Shown: positions 40,426-56,205 of the stretch, piece by piece
How positions within the stretch are numbered: the stretch's first letter is position 1
How the letters are laid out: every line of letters starts with the position of its first letter
From: the human T2T-CHM13v2.0 reference genome, Homo sapiens
Length of the DNA: 64,000 bases
Reading direction: 5' to 3' (one strand)
NCBI RefSeq assembly: GCF_009914755.1
Contig: NC_060930.1
The notes under the pieces: generated by a model
Database searches by the model: none
The model's input: only the letters and a program-made list of their open reading frames with translations
Told to the model about the DNA's origin: nothing
Made by a program: the position numbers and the translations under genes

Positions 40426-40999
40426 TATATTATGTAAATAATAACTGAGGCAACCTGGAACCAATAGAAATGATAATACTTCTAAAAGAGCTCTCTCTTT
40501 TACATATATTATATGAAAAAATATTTACGAAAAAGTAATCATATGATTTGATTATATTGCTGGAACCCCTGAATCTCACTGACAAAAGCCAGGACTGTCT
40601 CCGGATATTTTATTTGCATTTTAGACTATGCTCCTCTTTCTTTAATGTTTTTTGAGTTATCTCATTTGAAATCAAATTTCATAAATATGAAGAACATTCT
40701 AGCACTCTACCTCTCTCTCCTCATGTGTTTATATATGCGTGTATATAAGTATATAATTATCACAACTAATGCCAGAATGACTATATGCAACTATATAGTT
40801 TTGCCTATATGCAAGTATTTTTCTGCAATAAAATATACCTACAAATTGCTTATTTTAGTCAAATTTAAGAATTTACAGTTAGAATTTTTGTATGTGTAAT
40901 CACATTTTTTATACTTTATTTTTTCTTTTAATTTAAACTTCTACCAAATAAATTAAAAAATTTCTTATTTAACATGGAATATTACCAATATTTTATTTT

Positions 41000-42200
41000 T
41001 TCCCTAATCTGATGAATGAATAATGATATATTGGCAAATATTAGCATGGCTTATATTGGGTATATTTATACCAGCCATTTGTGTTTTTGATGTGCTATTT
41101 ACCTGTCAAAAATTTTAATATTTTTAGAAAAATGTTTTGTATTACTAATTTTTTCTAAAATTTTAAAAAACTTACATTACAATTAATCTTCATCTGTTAT
41201 ACACACTGCAGAAAATGTTCCCTTCTATTACAACTTGTCTTAGTTCATGATGTCTTCTGTTATAAATAACTGTTTTGTTTAACGTCAAGTTTTATTACAT
41301 CTGATTTTGTGTCTAATTTAGGAACGCAAGAAAGCCATTTTAAACATAACACCAAAGCAATTATCACAGAAAAATTAGTTGATAATTTAAGGATGTAAAA
41401 ATTAATGAGCTGTTGAACAGAGAATCTGAATTAAAAATAAAAGAACAAGCAAGAAAAATAGGAAACATTCGTACTATATGTGATAAAGAGAGGATTATGT
41501 TCATCATTTATAAAATTCTTACAAATCATTATGAAAATATTAACTCAACAATAAAATCTGACCCAAAGTTTAACAGATAACATAAAATATTTTAAGGGTG
41601 TATGTGCATATATATATAAAGATATATAGAGAGAGTATATATGAAAGTCTCGTTGAGGAAGTTATGAAGAAACAGATAATCCAACACACTGCAAGCAGAA
41701 ACCTTGTAAAAATTTCTGGATAAAGTTAACAAATATGCATACAGTTATGTAAAATATGCATAACATTACCAATTATTTACCCATATGAATAATTTAATAA
41801 TGTTATGCCATACTTTTATGATGGTATTAATTATAACATTGTTTATGGAAGCAGAAAATTTTAAGACAACCATGATAGATTAAATATATTTATATCTGTA
41901 AAACAAAAACATGCCACTGATCCATTTGCTTTGACGTGTAAAAATGGGCAAAGCAAATTTTACATAAGAAATAGTTATACAAGACAAATTAATCCTCTTT
42001 TAAGTGTATAGATATAAAATATACTTTTATACAAAAAGATATATCTATGCAGATTAAGAATAATTAGAAAAATTTACTAGATACATGTTAGATGCTAACA
42101 CAAATATCTGTGGCTGGTGACATAAACACAGATTTTTACATTTTTATCTTTAGCTATTTTTGAGATTTTTTTTTAACAATTAAGAGGTTTATGTCTAATA
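41000..42200. mobile_element. Highly degraded L1M/L1ME fragments (minus at about 41000-41330, plus at about 41335-42200)
   Basis: ttttaaacataacaccaaagca...tgataaagagaggattatgttcatc resembles late ORF2; A-rich. Confidence 0.5.
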
Positions 42201-44684
42201 ATAAAGCAATTACAAAATTATTTACATTTTGAAGATATATCTATCATGAGAGAAGCTGTGGCTGATTCTAATAAAAGCAACAAAAAGAGAAAGTCCTGAG
42301 ACAATAACTATCAACTGAGGATTTAATAATTATCAAAATATTTAAATTAAAGAATAATTGATCTCCATTCTTCATTTCAGAAGACTATTTTCTTTTAGTG
42401 CCATTCTCTTTTTCTCATTATATCTTAGTATGTTAGTTGCTTTGTCAATTTTTGTGATTGTCACTGCCATCTACTATTCTTGCTTCTTTTTTTCTCAGCT
42501 ATTTCTTAGCATTTCATATCAGTCTCTGCCACTCAATTCTAAACTGCATTTTAAAAGTTGTTATTAGAATAATTGTTTGTTATTAATTTTAAAGGCATTA
42601 CTTGATTTTTGTCTTTACTTCTCATGCCTTCTTATTTTTATTCAAAATTATATTTAGTGAAGGAATCTAGAAAAGCATCTAAACATTTCTTAATTTTGTT
42701 AGAAATCAAAAGCATGTATTTGCAGGTGGATGCTTCCATGGATCTCTAGGCACAAATATAACCAGTCAATTTTGACAAAACTGGTTTATTTTGCACTTAA
42801 ATTTCAGGACTGAATTATTAAACTGATAATTTCCATAGCATTCTATTTAGGAAATTTCTAAAAAATTCATCATAGCTTTACCTCTGTTTCCTAATCTATG
42901 TCCTGCTGAAGAGCTATTGTTTATAGTATAAATGGATATTTTAACATATGTCTTAATAAAATATTGTTGAACATGCTGATTTAAACAAATGTAAATCTAC
43001 ATATTGCAGGGATTCTTAAACTTTCACAAATTTTAATTGGTACTAAATTATCTAAGGCAATTATTTATGGTTCTAAAATTTACTCGATCAGGAATCTTTT
43101 CATCACTCATTGAAAAAATTCTCTTATATTTCATGAAATAAAATATTGCTAGCTAAACAATTTTTAATTTGTACATGACCTCTTCTTAAAAAGGTGCCTT
43201 ACATTCTGAGAGAGTTAAGGATTAATCTAAATTTGCATTCTCACTCTTTTTCTCGATATATACATTAATGAAAATGAATACTAATTGACAAACTAATTTT
43301 ACATAATTGTCATTTAACTCAAATCTAAACCAAGAGTTTGGAGACATAAAACCAAAGCTACAAAACCCACATCTATCTTGTTTTATTTGATAACGAATCA
43401 TTACTCTATTAATAAAACATCTCTATTTCGTAGGTGAAAAAACTAGGAAGCAAAATTTAAGCTCTAGAAAATATCTAATATATGATTATAAAGAGGAGAC
43501 AGTTAGACATCTGCCCTGAATCAATTGTTAAGATCTGTATACAATACCAAAGCGAAGTTTATTAGTCTACTTAAGTATATATTGATAAAGTTTGCCTTAA
43601 AACTTTGGGAATTTTTTTAAAAAGCTAAAAACAAATTAAAATCAATTTTGTAAAATTTGTCAAGCTTGAGTCTTTATTAGAATTACTAATTATCTGTATC
43701 ATTTGATTGAGAAGACATATGATTCTGAGCACAGCAAGGGGTATGTAAAACCATTAACTGTCTCTCCCTCTAGATATAGCAAGTGATGTGTAGACATAAA
43801 CTCAGCAGGGACCATCTTTATAACCATGCCCTGAGGGGAAGTGGAACATGCTTGAGTGGAATACTGTTAAATGAGCCTAATGTGACCCTCCTTTCTCTCT
43901 TCTACCATGTACTTATTCTCTGTAGGCCTTTATTGTTAAAATGTTGCATCACTTCCATTCCATTCAGTCAACACATAATATTGCACATTCCTTAAAAAAA
44001 TACCCACAAAACTAATCTAATAAAAGTAAGCACTTAATCATGCAGAATGTCAATTATGCAAAACTCAGTAACTGTTTGGATTTTATAAAGAGCTTTGATA
44101 TTGTGAAGTCATTTTGCTGCACAAACCGTGATTTACCAGGACCACAGGTTTGGCCTATCCTAGACAGAGATGAGACTGACTCTTTGCCTTCTCTCATAAA
44201 CATGCCCTATGTCAATTACTTCAGAGATAGGAAGAAAGTTAAATTGGCCCTCAACCCTGATAGTTCTTGTTAGCATATCATGAAAAGTATCCCAGACTAC
44301 CAGTGGAAGACTTTAATCCTAAGCAATTAATGCTCTTTCATGCAAAAATATAGGTCCTGTTCTCACTTTGTAGCTCTATTGTTAGAATCAGAGCTCAAAA
44401 GGGAATTTTGAGTTCCAGTTGGATTCTCAAAAGAGAATTTTGATTAGAAAAAAGAAATCTTCCAAGTATATCATAACTTTAGGTAAAATTTTTAGTTCTG
44501 TTGACAGATCCTGTAGAAAAAAAAAACAAGGTCAGAAATGATAAATAGTCACACGTTGGTGGCATTGGCTTTTTTACACAAAGTGGACAGTAAATGCCTC
44601 TCTTGATTTCTGAGATACATGAATTAAATAAGTGTCTGGACTGATAATTATCTTGGAGAAAATGATTTCAAGCCCAGGCTGTTC

Positions 44685-45830
44685 TGCAAGGAGTCAAGTG
44701 TGGTTGGAACAGATGAAAAGGGTATAGAAGAAGGGAAAAATTATGTGACTAATAGGGGCTAGAATATGTAGTACTTTTTAGGCCACATTAAGAATGTTTG
44801 ACTTAAGGTACTATTTTGAATAAGATGGTAGCAATAACATAATATGCAATGGAAGAGTGACTTAATCTGACATATTTATATACAATTGTTCTCAATGCCA
44901 TATAGGGATTTGAAAATTAGAAATGGTAGTAGAAATACCAATTATAAGGCTTTAGTTATTGTTTAGGTAAGATAGAATATCGGATTATATTTTGAATGAT
45001 AGTTGTGGGGCAGTGAATAGCCATTGATTTGAGATGTATATTGAATAAAGACATGCTAGCTTTTACAGATGAGTTAGATTTGTTATATGACAGAATGATG
45101 ATAGATAATGATGTCTTCAAATTTTTTGTCCTAAGCAAGGGGAAGAATGGCATTGCCATTTAGGGCCAAGTACGAAGAGGGTAAATAAGAGTTTGTTCTA
45201 GAACATATTACATTTGAAGTGCCTTTAGTATGTCCAAGGGGATAATCAAGTAGGCAGTTGGCCATAGAAAAAGATGTTTAGGCAAACCATCAAGTTAGAG
45301 ATAAAAATTATGGGGTTATTAACACAGAGGTGGCATGTAAAGACATGGGACTTGGCATCCTTTAAGGAAATAGAGTATGTACAGAAGAAAGGATGTCAGA
45401 AATTGAGATCTGGGTAATGCTGACCCTAGTGCTCAGAAAGATCATGAGAAAGAAGCAAAACAGGCTGAACTGAGGCAGCTGGAGGGCTGGTGCAGGGGGG
45501 TCACTGAATGATTTTAGGAAAAGGAGAATAATCATTGGAATCAAATATTAGTGGCTAATGAGAATTAAAAACTAATCCTGGATTAGGAGAAATAATCTTT
45601 ATTAATAAGACCCTGAGAATACAAACTTCTTTGCAATTTGGGAACAGAAATCTCAACTGAAATGAAATTAATAGAAAACTGGAGAAGAGGAATTTGGAGA
45701 TAGTGCATACAGACATTTTTTCCTACAAATAGGACATAAATAATTGTATGAAGTTGTAGGTCAAGAGAAGATTTTTTAAGAGAGCAGATGGTGAACATAA
45801 GATGTTCTGTATGACATAATTATCTAGTAG
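44685..45830 (-). mobile_element. L2 fragment
   Basis: taggccacattaagaatgtttgac...gatttgagatgtatattg...catttgaagtgccttt...tcaagtaggcagttgg. Confidence 0.8.
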
Positions 45831-46542
45831 AAAATGAAAGCATGCAATTACTCTCTCTCTCTCTCTCATTAAAACTTATAGGAAATTTGTTTGATATTTT
45901 AAAAACTTGCACATAGTTTGACCATGGCCTACATAGGTGGTTGAGCCTGAACGTAGAGAGCTAAAAGACCATTGTTTTCAAAGATATAAATATTCTTTTC
46001 TGGTACAAAATAACTAAAAAAAATGGACTTCATTAATATTAGTTATCCAGTAATTGTGAAACCTATGCCATGCGTATCTCCAGTGGAAATTATTTTCTCA
46101 CTACACAATTTGCCTACTCAGTCTTAAACATAAATAAAATAAATGTTTAAGACAGATATGTTCAAAAGTTGAGATCACACAATTACAATACAGAAAAGGG
46201 ATGAGAGAGATAACCAAACATCAATAAGTAATATACTGAGTCCATAATCTAGAAAAAGGGCATTAATGTAATTCTTATTACATGATTTTGCATTTTCAAA
46301 GAGTATCATTTTATTAATCTAAAACTAGGTCTTTGAGAAGCAGAGCTAGTATGAGAAACACAAGATCTCATACTTCTCATGCCATCACCAAGAAGACGAA
46401 GTTTGATCAAGGGAAAACTGGTACTATTTGTTAAAGTAGATTCACTTAAAAGGCTCCAACATATTTCCAAATACTGAACTAAAACATGGTACACAATACT
46501 AAAGTAAACTATAAAATGAGATGCATTTCATTACATTCATTA

Positions 46543-46859
46543 CAGTCATCCCTGTGCATGTAAGGGGGACAGGTTCCAACATGTCTGCAGATACCGAAAT
46601 CAGAGGATATTCAAGTTGCTGACATAAAATGGCATGATATTTGCACACTAACTATGCTCATCCTCCTATATGTTTTAAATCATCTCTAGATTACTTACAA
46701 TATCTAAAACAATGAAAATGTTATGTAAAAAGTTGTTATACCGTGTGTTTTTATTCATATTATTTTTACTGTTGTATTGTTAATTTGTTCTCAACTATTT
46801 TTTTATCCACAGCTGGTTGAATCTGTAGATATGGAACCTGAGATGCAGAGAGCCAACTG
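46543..46859. mobile_element. MER2 (TcMar-Tigger MITE)
   Basis: cagtcatccct...gagagccaactg termini with TA TSD (46541-46542, 46860-46861); internal ttttaaatcatctctagattactta. Confidence 0.9.
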
Positions 46860-49800
46860 TACTCTAAATCTTGATAGATATGTTGCTCCCTAAATTTAAC
46901 ACCTGTGTTTTTTTAATTTTTAAAAAAATTTCCATTGAGTATGCAGAAAATTATCAGTATTTGTTTTCCTATCACATGGGAAAGTTTAAAAAAACTTTAA
47001 AACAAACTCAGAATTTTGGCTCTAAAAGGCTAGCAAAGGTAATAGTTTCAGCGCATTTATGAAATATTTCTTGCCTTGAGATCTGTTATTACAGAGATGA
47101 AACTGTTTTCTATGCAATCAATAAAATATTACTAAAAGTATAATCAGGAAAAATAAACTGTCACCAGACAATCTGCCACAACATTTTTTCAATTAATAGG
47201 ATTGAAACTAATTAAACAATGTGCTATTAAAATGATGGTGTAAATCTCATATACATTATCATGTGTTAAATGTACCACACTAAATAATAATGCCTGTTTT
47301 ACTCAAGTTTAAAAAGAATTCCTGAATTTTTTGTTTTTTTTTTTAATGCTTTCAAAGAAATTATTTCAAATATTGAAATGTTACATGGAAAAAAGTGTCC
47401 AATTATCTAGGTTTAAGTATGAAGTTGATCCAGAGTGATTAGCTGGGCCATTGTTTCCCCTTAAAAAGATATGGAACTAAAATGCTAACAAAAACAATAA
47501 AAATTCAATTGCTACCTATTTTAGAATGCATCTCAGGGAAAAAGCAGCACATTATAGTAAGAAAATGGGATGAAGGAAGTGTTTTTATGGCTAGAGAGTG
47601 AGTGCTACACTGCATTATAGTAAATGCACAAATAAAAGGAAATCTTAAGATATAAATTTCATTCAATAAACTGTAAATATTTAAACATTAACTATTTCAG
47701 TCATATGAGACTAGAACAAGTGTCTGAACATTACTTTGAAAATAAAAGATTGCAATTATCTAAATATGTGTATGATTTAATGTATATTTTAGAATATAGG
47801 ATCTTCTCAAATTATTTAAATTTTTTTCCTATTGTATAACTTTAAAATTATAACCAATGTTAGTGTTAAATTTAAAGAATCTGAAATCCATTTTTGTCCT
47901 TAGTCCCTCAAGCTCTGTCTATTCTGGAATTCTACATGTTTTCCCTGTAAGTTCACATCATTGGATCATCTCACTTTAGGCCCCATCAGTCTTGGTCTGG
48001 ACATAATTAAGGAATTCCATCTCAGTGTTCAGACTGCCTATTAAGTCATTCCTTGCATCTAGACTAGCTTTGATGCGTGTGTTTTTTTTTTAATTTAAAA
48101 TTAGAGGATGTTCATCCTGTTTCCCAAATCTAGGGCCTGCCTTATAATCTAATTGTATTTACTATTTTATTTCTGTTTCCTATGTTTGACATTTAATCTT
48201 TTAGTAGCTTTCCAGTCAGTACCTTTGTCCATGTAAGCCAAAGAGTCTATTAAGTTTGTGACATTCTCTTGGTAAATTAGAGTCATATTGAATTCATCCT
48301 CATGGCGTCTGCCCATTTACATAAAGCAGATTTCCATAATGTCAACTGACTTTCTGCCTAGCTGCATGAATTTCTAAATGTATTCAGGTTTTATAATCCC
48401 TATTAGTACAACCTACTCATTTCTTGCTAGTTGTTAAATTCCACAATACCTATTTAAATCTGTGGCTGCTAACTGGGTTCTATTACCTTAGATGCTGGTT
48501 ATTATATTCTGAATGTCAGGCTTAATTTTCTCCCATCATATGATACCCCTATTGTCCCCACAGTTTCCTTCCTCAGTTTTCTGTTCCATAAAACTTACCA
48601 AGCTAGATCTAGCCATGTGCCAAGATAGAACAGAGCTATGCAAGATGGCCCACTTCTAAAAACACTCAGTTAGTGCTTCTTTTGGATGTTATGATAGTAA
48701 TACATTACTTGAGAATTTGCATTGTATTTATAATTTTTGCAGATTTTAAAAATAATTATATCATGTTTATGTTTATTTCTACTTTTTAATGGAAGCAGTT
48801 TCTGCCTTTATTGAATTCCATAGGTTAGAATGCAGGAAAAAAATAAATTTTTTAAACCATTTAAACTCAACAAGATTTATGTGGAGAAGTGTTCAATTTG
48901 TAGCCTTTCTAATACATATTACTGCTTAGATCTATAAGATAGAACATGCAATAAAATGCAAAGCAATTAAATGCAAAAATGATAGTGCTCTTCTGTGTTT
49001 AACTGACATTGGCATAAGAAAGATTAAAAAATATTTAGTAGCATAAATACATATATTTAAGTATGAGAGGAAGTCAATTTCTGAGTTGTAATATACTAAG
49101 TATTGGATGGAGATTATAATGACAGCTATTGCAATGCTGTAGAGTAAGTCAAACAATGTCTGATGATTTAATTTCTAGCTAAATGATTGTGTCTCTTGAA
49201 TTTTTCAATAGCATCTACTTTGATGAGATTAGTTTATGTATTACAAGGCAACACAAGGAGTAATAATATAAATATTTTTATGAACCAAGATATTATCTGG
49301 TAAGTAAATTATATATTCTGAAGTAAAAACCAAAATAGTCATACTTTTTTTACAGGTGTATTTTCTATTTTCATATAATATTCTTTTGCTTTACCAAATA
49401 CATTTCCACAATTTGGGCATCAAAATGAAAAAATGACTGAAATAAATTTTAAAATATTCAATTAATGAACATGTGTAGGTCCATGTTGACATTTTAAAAA
49501 GACAGGGGTAAGTATAAAAATAACTCATTTGCCACCAATATTACCCCAACTCTAATGAGTTTCTATCTTGAACTCATTAAAGAGGCCAAATTAAGCATAA
49601 ATGATAAAATTTAAGGAAGTACTATAGTGTACCTCCTGTTGGTAATCAAAAGCTAATTTTTTTTGGAGAAGGCCAGCTAAAATTATGGAAAGAATGATAC
49701 AATTAAAAAATCATTTGTTATTAAGTTGTTGAGTCAGTACATACTCATTATTGTAAGGAAAAAAATAAAAATAGTGAGTGAAAGATTTTTGGGCATCCAA

Positions 49801-50328
49801 TATTTGCCTGGTGCCAAAAGTATTATCTCACATATTTCTTGCTAATTACAAAAGGAAGAAAACATATCTTTATAATAGAGAGTTGTGGTTTGTAATCATC
49901 TGAAAAAAAGAGATAAAAGTTAGCCTCATTTATTTTGGGGAAAACCTGATATTGGATGCCAACTGATGGAAAGCAATTCAAAATACCTAGCATTGCCTGC
50001 GTCATATTTCCGAAAAATATTTAACCTGAATCTTATCAGACATTTAGGTCTAATTTCTCATTTAGAGGTAATACAGGGTTTGAGGAAAAGCTTAAATGAA
50101 AGCAGGAGAAAAAAATTAGGCAAACCCAGTAGGTAGGAAATTCTAACAAAAACAGATTTACTATATTTAAAAATGTGTTTTTGGAAAGAATAAAAAATAG
50201 GCATATAATATTGATTTTAAAAAGACTAAAAGTACATAAATGCAATCTATAAAAGTTTTTGAATCATGGTTGAAAATAAAATAGATTTAAAAGTATATTG
50301 GCAGACATTTGGAGAATTTTTAATATGA

Positions 50329-50733
<405 letters not shown>

Positions 50734-50849
50734 TGAGTATGTCTTGTTTAAGAAATGTATACTGATTTATACATAGGTAAAATATAAGATTTCTAACCAT
50801 TAAAAGGTTCTGAAAAAATATATTAAATATTAACAAAAATAAAGCAATG

Positions 50850-51167
<318 letters not shown>

Positions 51168-51194
51168 ATAAAGCAATGATTGTAAACTTAAATT

Positions 51195-51362
51195 TTTTTG
51201 TACAACATTCTTTGAAATATTTATACTTTGTGAAATAATGTAATCAAGCTAGTTAGCATATGCATTACTTCACATACTTATATATTTTCTATCAAAATAC
51301 TAAATACTATCTGATTTTCAATAATACAATATATTAACTATAGTCACCATGTTATACAATAT
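51195..51362 (-). mobile_element. L1MA 3'UTR fragment
   Basis: taatcaagctagttagcatatgcattacttcacatact...ttaactatagtcaccatgttatacaata. Confidence 0.75.
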
Positions 51363-52961
51363 TAACAATTTTTAATCAAAGTGGTTAATATATACTAATG
51401 TCTATTATAAAATTATTTATTTTTCTATGTATGTCATATTTTCATAATAATATGATGACAATAAAACATAGAACATTTAGAATAAGCAATTTACTGAGTA
51501 TGAATTGAATATAAATTGTGATTGTAATTTCCTATCTTAATATTCCTTATTCTTTGATTTAATAAATTAGAATTTTGGAAATTGTTTAAATGTTGCCTTC
51601 AACCTGAAACACCAAACATCGAAATCTCAAAGATCTAACAAATTACCAAAATAATACTATTTAAGTATTTACTAATTTGGTCTCCATTATTCTCTGAGCT
51701 TTTCTAAATTTGTAATACTCTTCTCTAATTTATAAATTTCCAAGGCCATTTTAATTTTGAATATTTACAGATACACTTTGATTCATCGAGTTGAATAAGC
51801 ATTTTTCCTGAGGCGTAAAGAAAAATAACTTCTGTTTTGCATTTACTTCATTCTTGCCTAAAAAATCTCATTGAAAATCATCCTGTAGGCTATTGATACA
51901 AACTTTGTTAGATAATAAATAAGTAAAAGATTTAAAAAATTAAACAAAGAGAAACCATGAATTATGGATAATGCTTTTGTGAGCACTCACTGCTGTTTGA
52001 AACCAAAGGCCAACTCTTCGCAGTAGTCACACTCCATCTTGTGTTTGGTATACTGTAGTATTAAATATGTTGAAAACAAAGTATCTTTCACTAAAAATCA
52101 ACAGAGTGTAATAAGGTCGTTTGAAGTTATTTAAAAATACTGCACTGCTTATGAAAAATGAAGAAATATATGCTGCTTTTAATTTATAATTACTTGTTAC
52201 TATATTGCAGGCAGAAAATGCAATGTGTATAAAATGGAAAGAGGTAGAAAAATGCCAAGTGCCAGGATCCCTAATAGCCTCAGCAGCTGATCACACAGTG
52301 GCTCAGATTCTGGTGGGAGAAATGCTGAGAGAGCTATTCTGAGCAAAATCATCTCATCATTCCTGCCTGTAAGGCTTTTTTTTGTCAACATCCCAAGCAG
52401 AATTGCCAGATGTAATGAATTGGGTGTAGGGTCTAGACTTGAAATACTTCAGTTCAGATTTGTTAAACAGTTAAATAAGGGATCACAGGTAAAAGTGTAT
52501 AAATATTAGCCATTAGAGCTGTTAATATTTTCAGAAAAAAATAAAATAAAACATTCTTTCCCAATTGACTATAAACCTCAATTTTTGTGATTTTTAAAGA
52601 AGTTTACATGAAGATTAAATGTAATTAATTAGGTTATAATACTGTTAAAGTAAAAAGTAGAGTTATGTAACAAAAGCTATCAATTATACTGATGTTTACT
52701 GTTAAGTAATTGAAAAATTCCTAATTTTATCTGAAAAAAGTAATCAATAAATATTTTTGTAAAAATCTCAATATTTTTTCTTCTAAATCTTAAAGCAATT
52801 AAAATAAGAAAACCAAACTCTGCATAGCACCTTGACTATACCTATTATAAATAACTGGATTTAAGATACAGTTGAATAAGTTTCCTTAAATATATCTGAA
52901 AGTTTTCAGTAATACAAATATCATAATGACTTGATATTCAATCAGTGATTTAGAAGGAAAT

Positions 52962-55280
52962 TGTAATAGTCTGTTCTCATGCTGCTAACAAAGAAATACC
53001 CAAGACTGGATAATTTATAAAGGAAAGAGGTTTAACTGACTCACAGTTCAGCATGGCTGTGGAGGTTTCAGAAAATTTACAACCACAGTAGTGGAGAAGC
53101 GAACACATCCTTCTTCCCATGGCAGCAGCAATAAGGAGTCCTAAGCAAAAGGGGGAAAAGTCCCTTTAAAATCATCAGATCTTGTGAGAACTCACTCACT
53201 GTTATGAGAACAGCAGCATGGAGGTAACTGCCCCCCATGATTCAATTACCTCCCAGCAAGTCCCTCCCACAACATGTGGGGATTATGGGAACTACAATTC
53301 AAGATGAGATTTGGGTGGGACACAGCCAAACCATATTATTCTGCCCCTGCCCTCTCCAAATGTCATGTCCTCACACTTCAAAACACATTCATGCCTTCCC
53401 AATAGTTGCCCAAAGTTTTAACTCATTCCAGCATTAACAAACACAAAAGTTCAAGTCCAAAGTCTCATCTGAGACAAGGCAAGTCCCTTCAGCCTATGAG
53501 CCTATAAAATCAAAAGCTAATTAGTTACTTCCTAGATACAATGAGGGAACAGGCATTCAGTAAATATGTTCATTCCAAATGGGAGAAATTGACCAAAACA
53601 AAGGGGCTAAAGACCCCATGTATGTCTGAAATCCAATAGGATAGTCATTAAACTTTAAAATTCCAAAGTGATCTCCTTTGACTCCATGTCTCACATCCAA
53701 GGCAGACTGATGAAAGAGGTGGGCTCATACAGCCTTGGGCAGCCCTGCCCCTGTGGCTTTGCAGCATATAACTCCCCTCCCAGATGCTTTAATGGGCTGG
53801 CATTGAGTGCCTGTGACTTTTCCAGGTGCATAATGCAAGCTGTTGGTGAATCTACCATTCTGGGGTCTGTAGGACAGTGGCCCTTTTCTCACAGTATGCA
53901 GTGCCATAGTGGGGATTCTGTGTGGGGGCTCCAACCCCATATTTCCCCTCTGCACTGTCTTAGCAGAGGCTCTCTATGAGGTTTCCACTCCTGTTGCAAA
54001 CTTCTGCCTAGACATCCAAGTATTTTCATACATCCTCTGAAACCTCTCAAACCTCAATTGTTGACCTCTGTGCACCCACAAGGCCAACACCACATGTAAG
54101 CTGCCAAGGCTTGGAGCTTGTACCCTCTGAAGCAAGAGCCTGAGCTGTATGTTGGCCCCTTTGAGACACAGCTGGAGCTAAAGCAACTGGAACTCAAGGC
54201 ACCATGCCCTGAGGCTGCATACAATAGGGGACCTTTGGACCCAGCCCAGGAAACCATTTTTCCCTTTCAGGCCTCCAGGCCTGTGATGGAAGGGGCTGCT
54301 GTGAAGATCTGTGACATGCCCTGGAGACATTTTCCCCATTGTCCTCGTGATTAACATTTGGCTTCTTGTTACTTATGTAAATTTCTGCAGCCAGCTTGAA
54401 TTTCTCCTCAGAAAAATGGGTTTTTATTTTCTATTGCATTTTCAGGCTGCAAATTTTCCAAACTTTTGTGCTCTGTTTTTTCTTCAATGCTTTGCTGCTT
54501 AGAAATTTCTTCTGCCAGATACCCTAAATTCTCTCTCTCAAGCTCAAAGTTCTACAAATCTCTAGGGCAGGGGAAAAATGCTGCCAGTCTCTTTGCATGG
54601 CAAGAGTGAACTTTGCTCCAGTTCCCAACAAGTTCCTCACCTCCATCTGAAACCACCTCAGCCTGGACTTAATTGTGCATATCATTATCAGCATTTTGGT
54701 CAAACCCATTTGACAAGTCTCTATGAAGTTCCAAACTTTCCCACATCTTTGGGTCTTCTGAGCCCTCCAAGTCTCTAGTAAGTTCCAAACTTTCCCACAT
54801 TTTTGTATCATTTTCTGAATCCTCCAAATTGTTACAACTTCTGCCTGTTACCCAGTTCCAAAGTTGCTTCCACATTTTTGGGTATCTTTACAGCAGAACC
54901 CTACTACCCAATTTACTGTATTCATGCTGCTAATAAAGATATACTTGAGACTGGGTAATTCATAAAAGAAAGAGGTTTAATTAACTCACAGTTCGGCATG
55001 GCTGGGGAGGACTTAGGAAACTTATAATCATGTTGGAAAGGGAAGCCAACACATTCTTCTTCACATGACACATCAGGAAGTGCTGAGCAAAAGGGGGAAA
55101 AGCCCCTTATAAAACTGTCAGATCTGGTGAGAACTCACTATCAAGAGAACAGAAGCAGCATGAGAGTAACTGGCTCCATGACTCAATTACCTCCCACGGA
55201 GTCCCTCCCACAACATGTGGGGATTATGGGAACTGCAGTTCACAATCAGATTTGGGTGAGGACACAGCCAAACCATATCA
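52962..55280 (-). mobile_element. Full-length THE1 (C/D-like) MaLR: LTRs 52962-53338 and 54917-55280
   Basis: Both LTRs read tgta...cacagccaaaccatat[tc]a; THE1 internal sequence between them; 5-bp TSD GAAAT at 52957-52961 and 55281-55285. Confidence 0.96.
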
Positions 55281-55654
55281 GAAATAGCAAATTTTACAAG
55301 GATATCCAAAACTGTAGGTCTGAGTATAAAAGATTTCCAGTTACTTAAAAGAATAAGAACAAACAAACAAAAAACACTTACTATAGGTAAGTTACTAGAC
55401 TGGACTCTGCTTTCAGGGATTTCAATTAAGAAAAAAAAAATGTGTCTGACTAAAGAAATAGATTCTACTTATGCCAGCCTGATTGAGGATGGTGAGTATT
55501 TTGTGCTTATCTTCCAGGTCCTCAGACAACACTCCACACTGCCACACTGAGGTGATGCTTTTACCTTTACTTCACTTTTCTAGTGAGGGCTTTAACATAT
55601 AAATGATTCATTTTAACATGTGAGTGTCTGTGAAAAATTTGATCTTGTTACATG

Positions 55655-55745
55655 ATGGATCATGCCTTATTTATCTTCAGTTGCCTGGATCTAAGCACAG
55701 GACCTGACACATACCTCATTATCAATGTATTTGTGTTGAATGTAA
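55655..55745 (+). mobile_element. L2 3' end
   Basis: catgccttatttatcttcag...ctaagcacaggacctgacacata...tgtatttgtgttgaatg. Confidence 0.6.
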
Positions 55746-55949
55746 TTTGACAAGCTGGAGAGAAGTGCAGATTTGTCAGCTTTTTACTTGGAGATACCTA
55801 TCTTGAGATCCAGTTTACCTTGCTCTACCATTTAGAATCTCTGAATGCAATTAAGAAAATAGCATGGCATTGCCAATTCTCAATTTTTTCATGTTTAAAT
55901 TGCCAGTAAGATTGCCTATTCATAGGTTTGTCATAAGGATAAATTGTGA

Positions 55950-56205
55950 TGATAGTAACAACAAATAACCTTGCTTGAGTGCCTTTGCTGAGTGCCTGCT
56001 GCGTTCAGGTGTGGTTCTGCATACCAAGCTTTGTCGTAAAACTTCAGATACATATTTTATTTAATCCTAAATAACCTCATAAATTATGTATTATTATTTC
56101 TAAATTTTACAGATTAATAAAATGAGACAGAGATTAAATAATTTGCTCAAGTTCAAACAGAAAATGGATCGAGAATGGGGAAGTGTGACTCCATGTCCTC
56201 CTGTA
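55950..56205 (-). mobile_element. MIR
   Basis: ttatttaatcctaaataacctc...attttacagattaataaaatgagacagagattaaataatttgctcaag. Confidence 0.75.

Noticed and set aside
46121-46153. 11-bp perfect hairpin gtcttaaacat/atgtttaagac
   Set aside because: Short and AT-rich; plausible by chance or local template switch, and not a terminator in this context.
54720-54805. Direct repeat aagttccaaactttcccacat in THE1-int
   Set aside because: As I recall, this is a feature of THE1C/D/MST internal consensus sequences rather than a locus-specific event.
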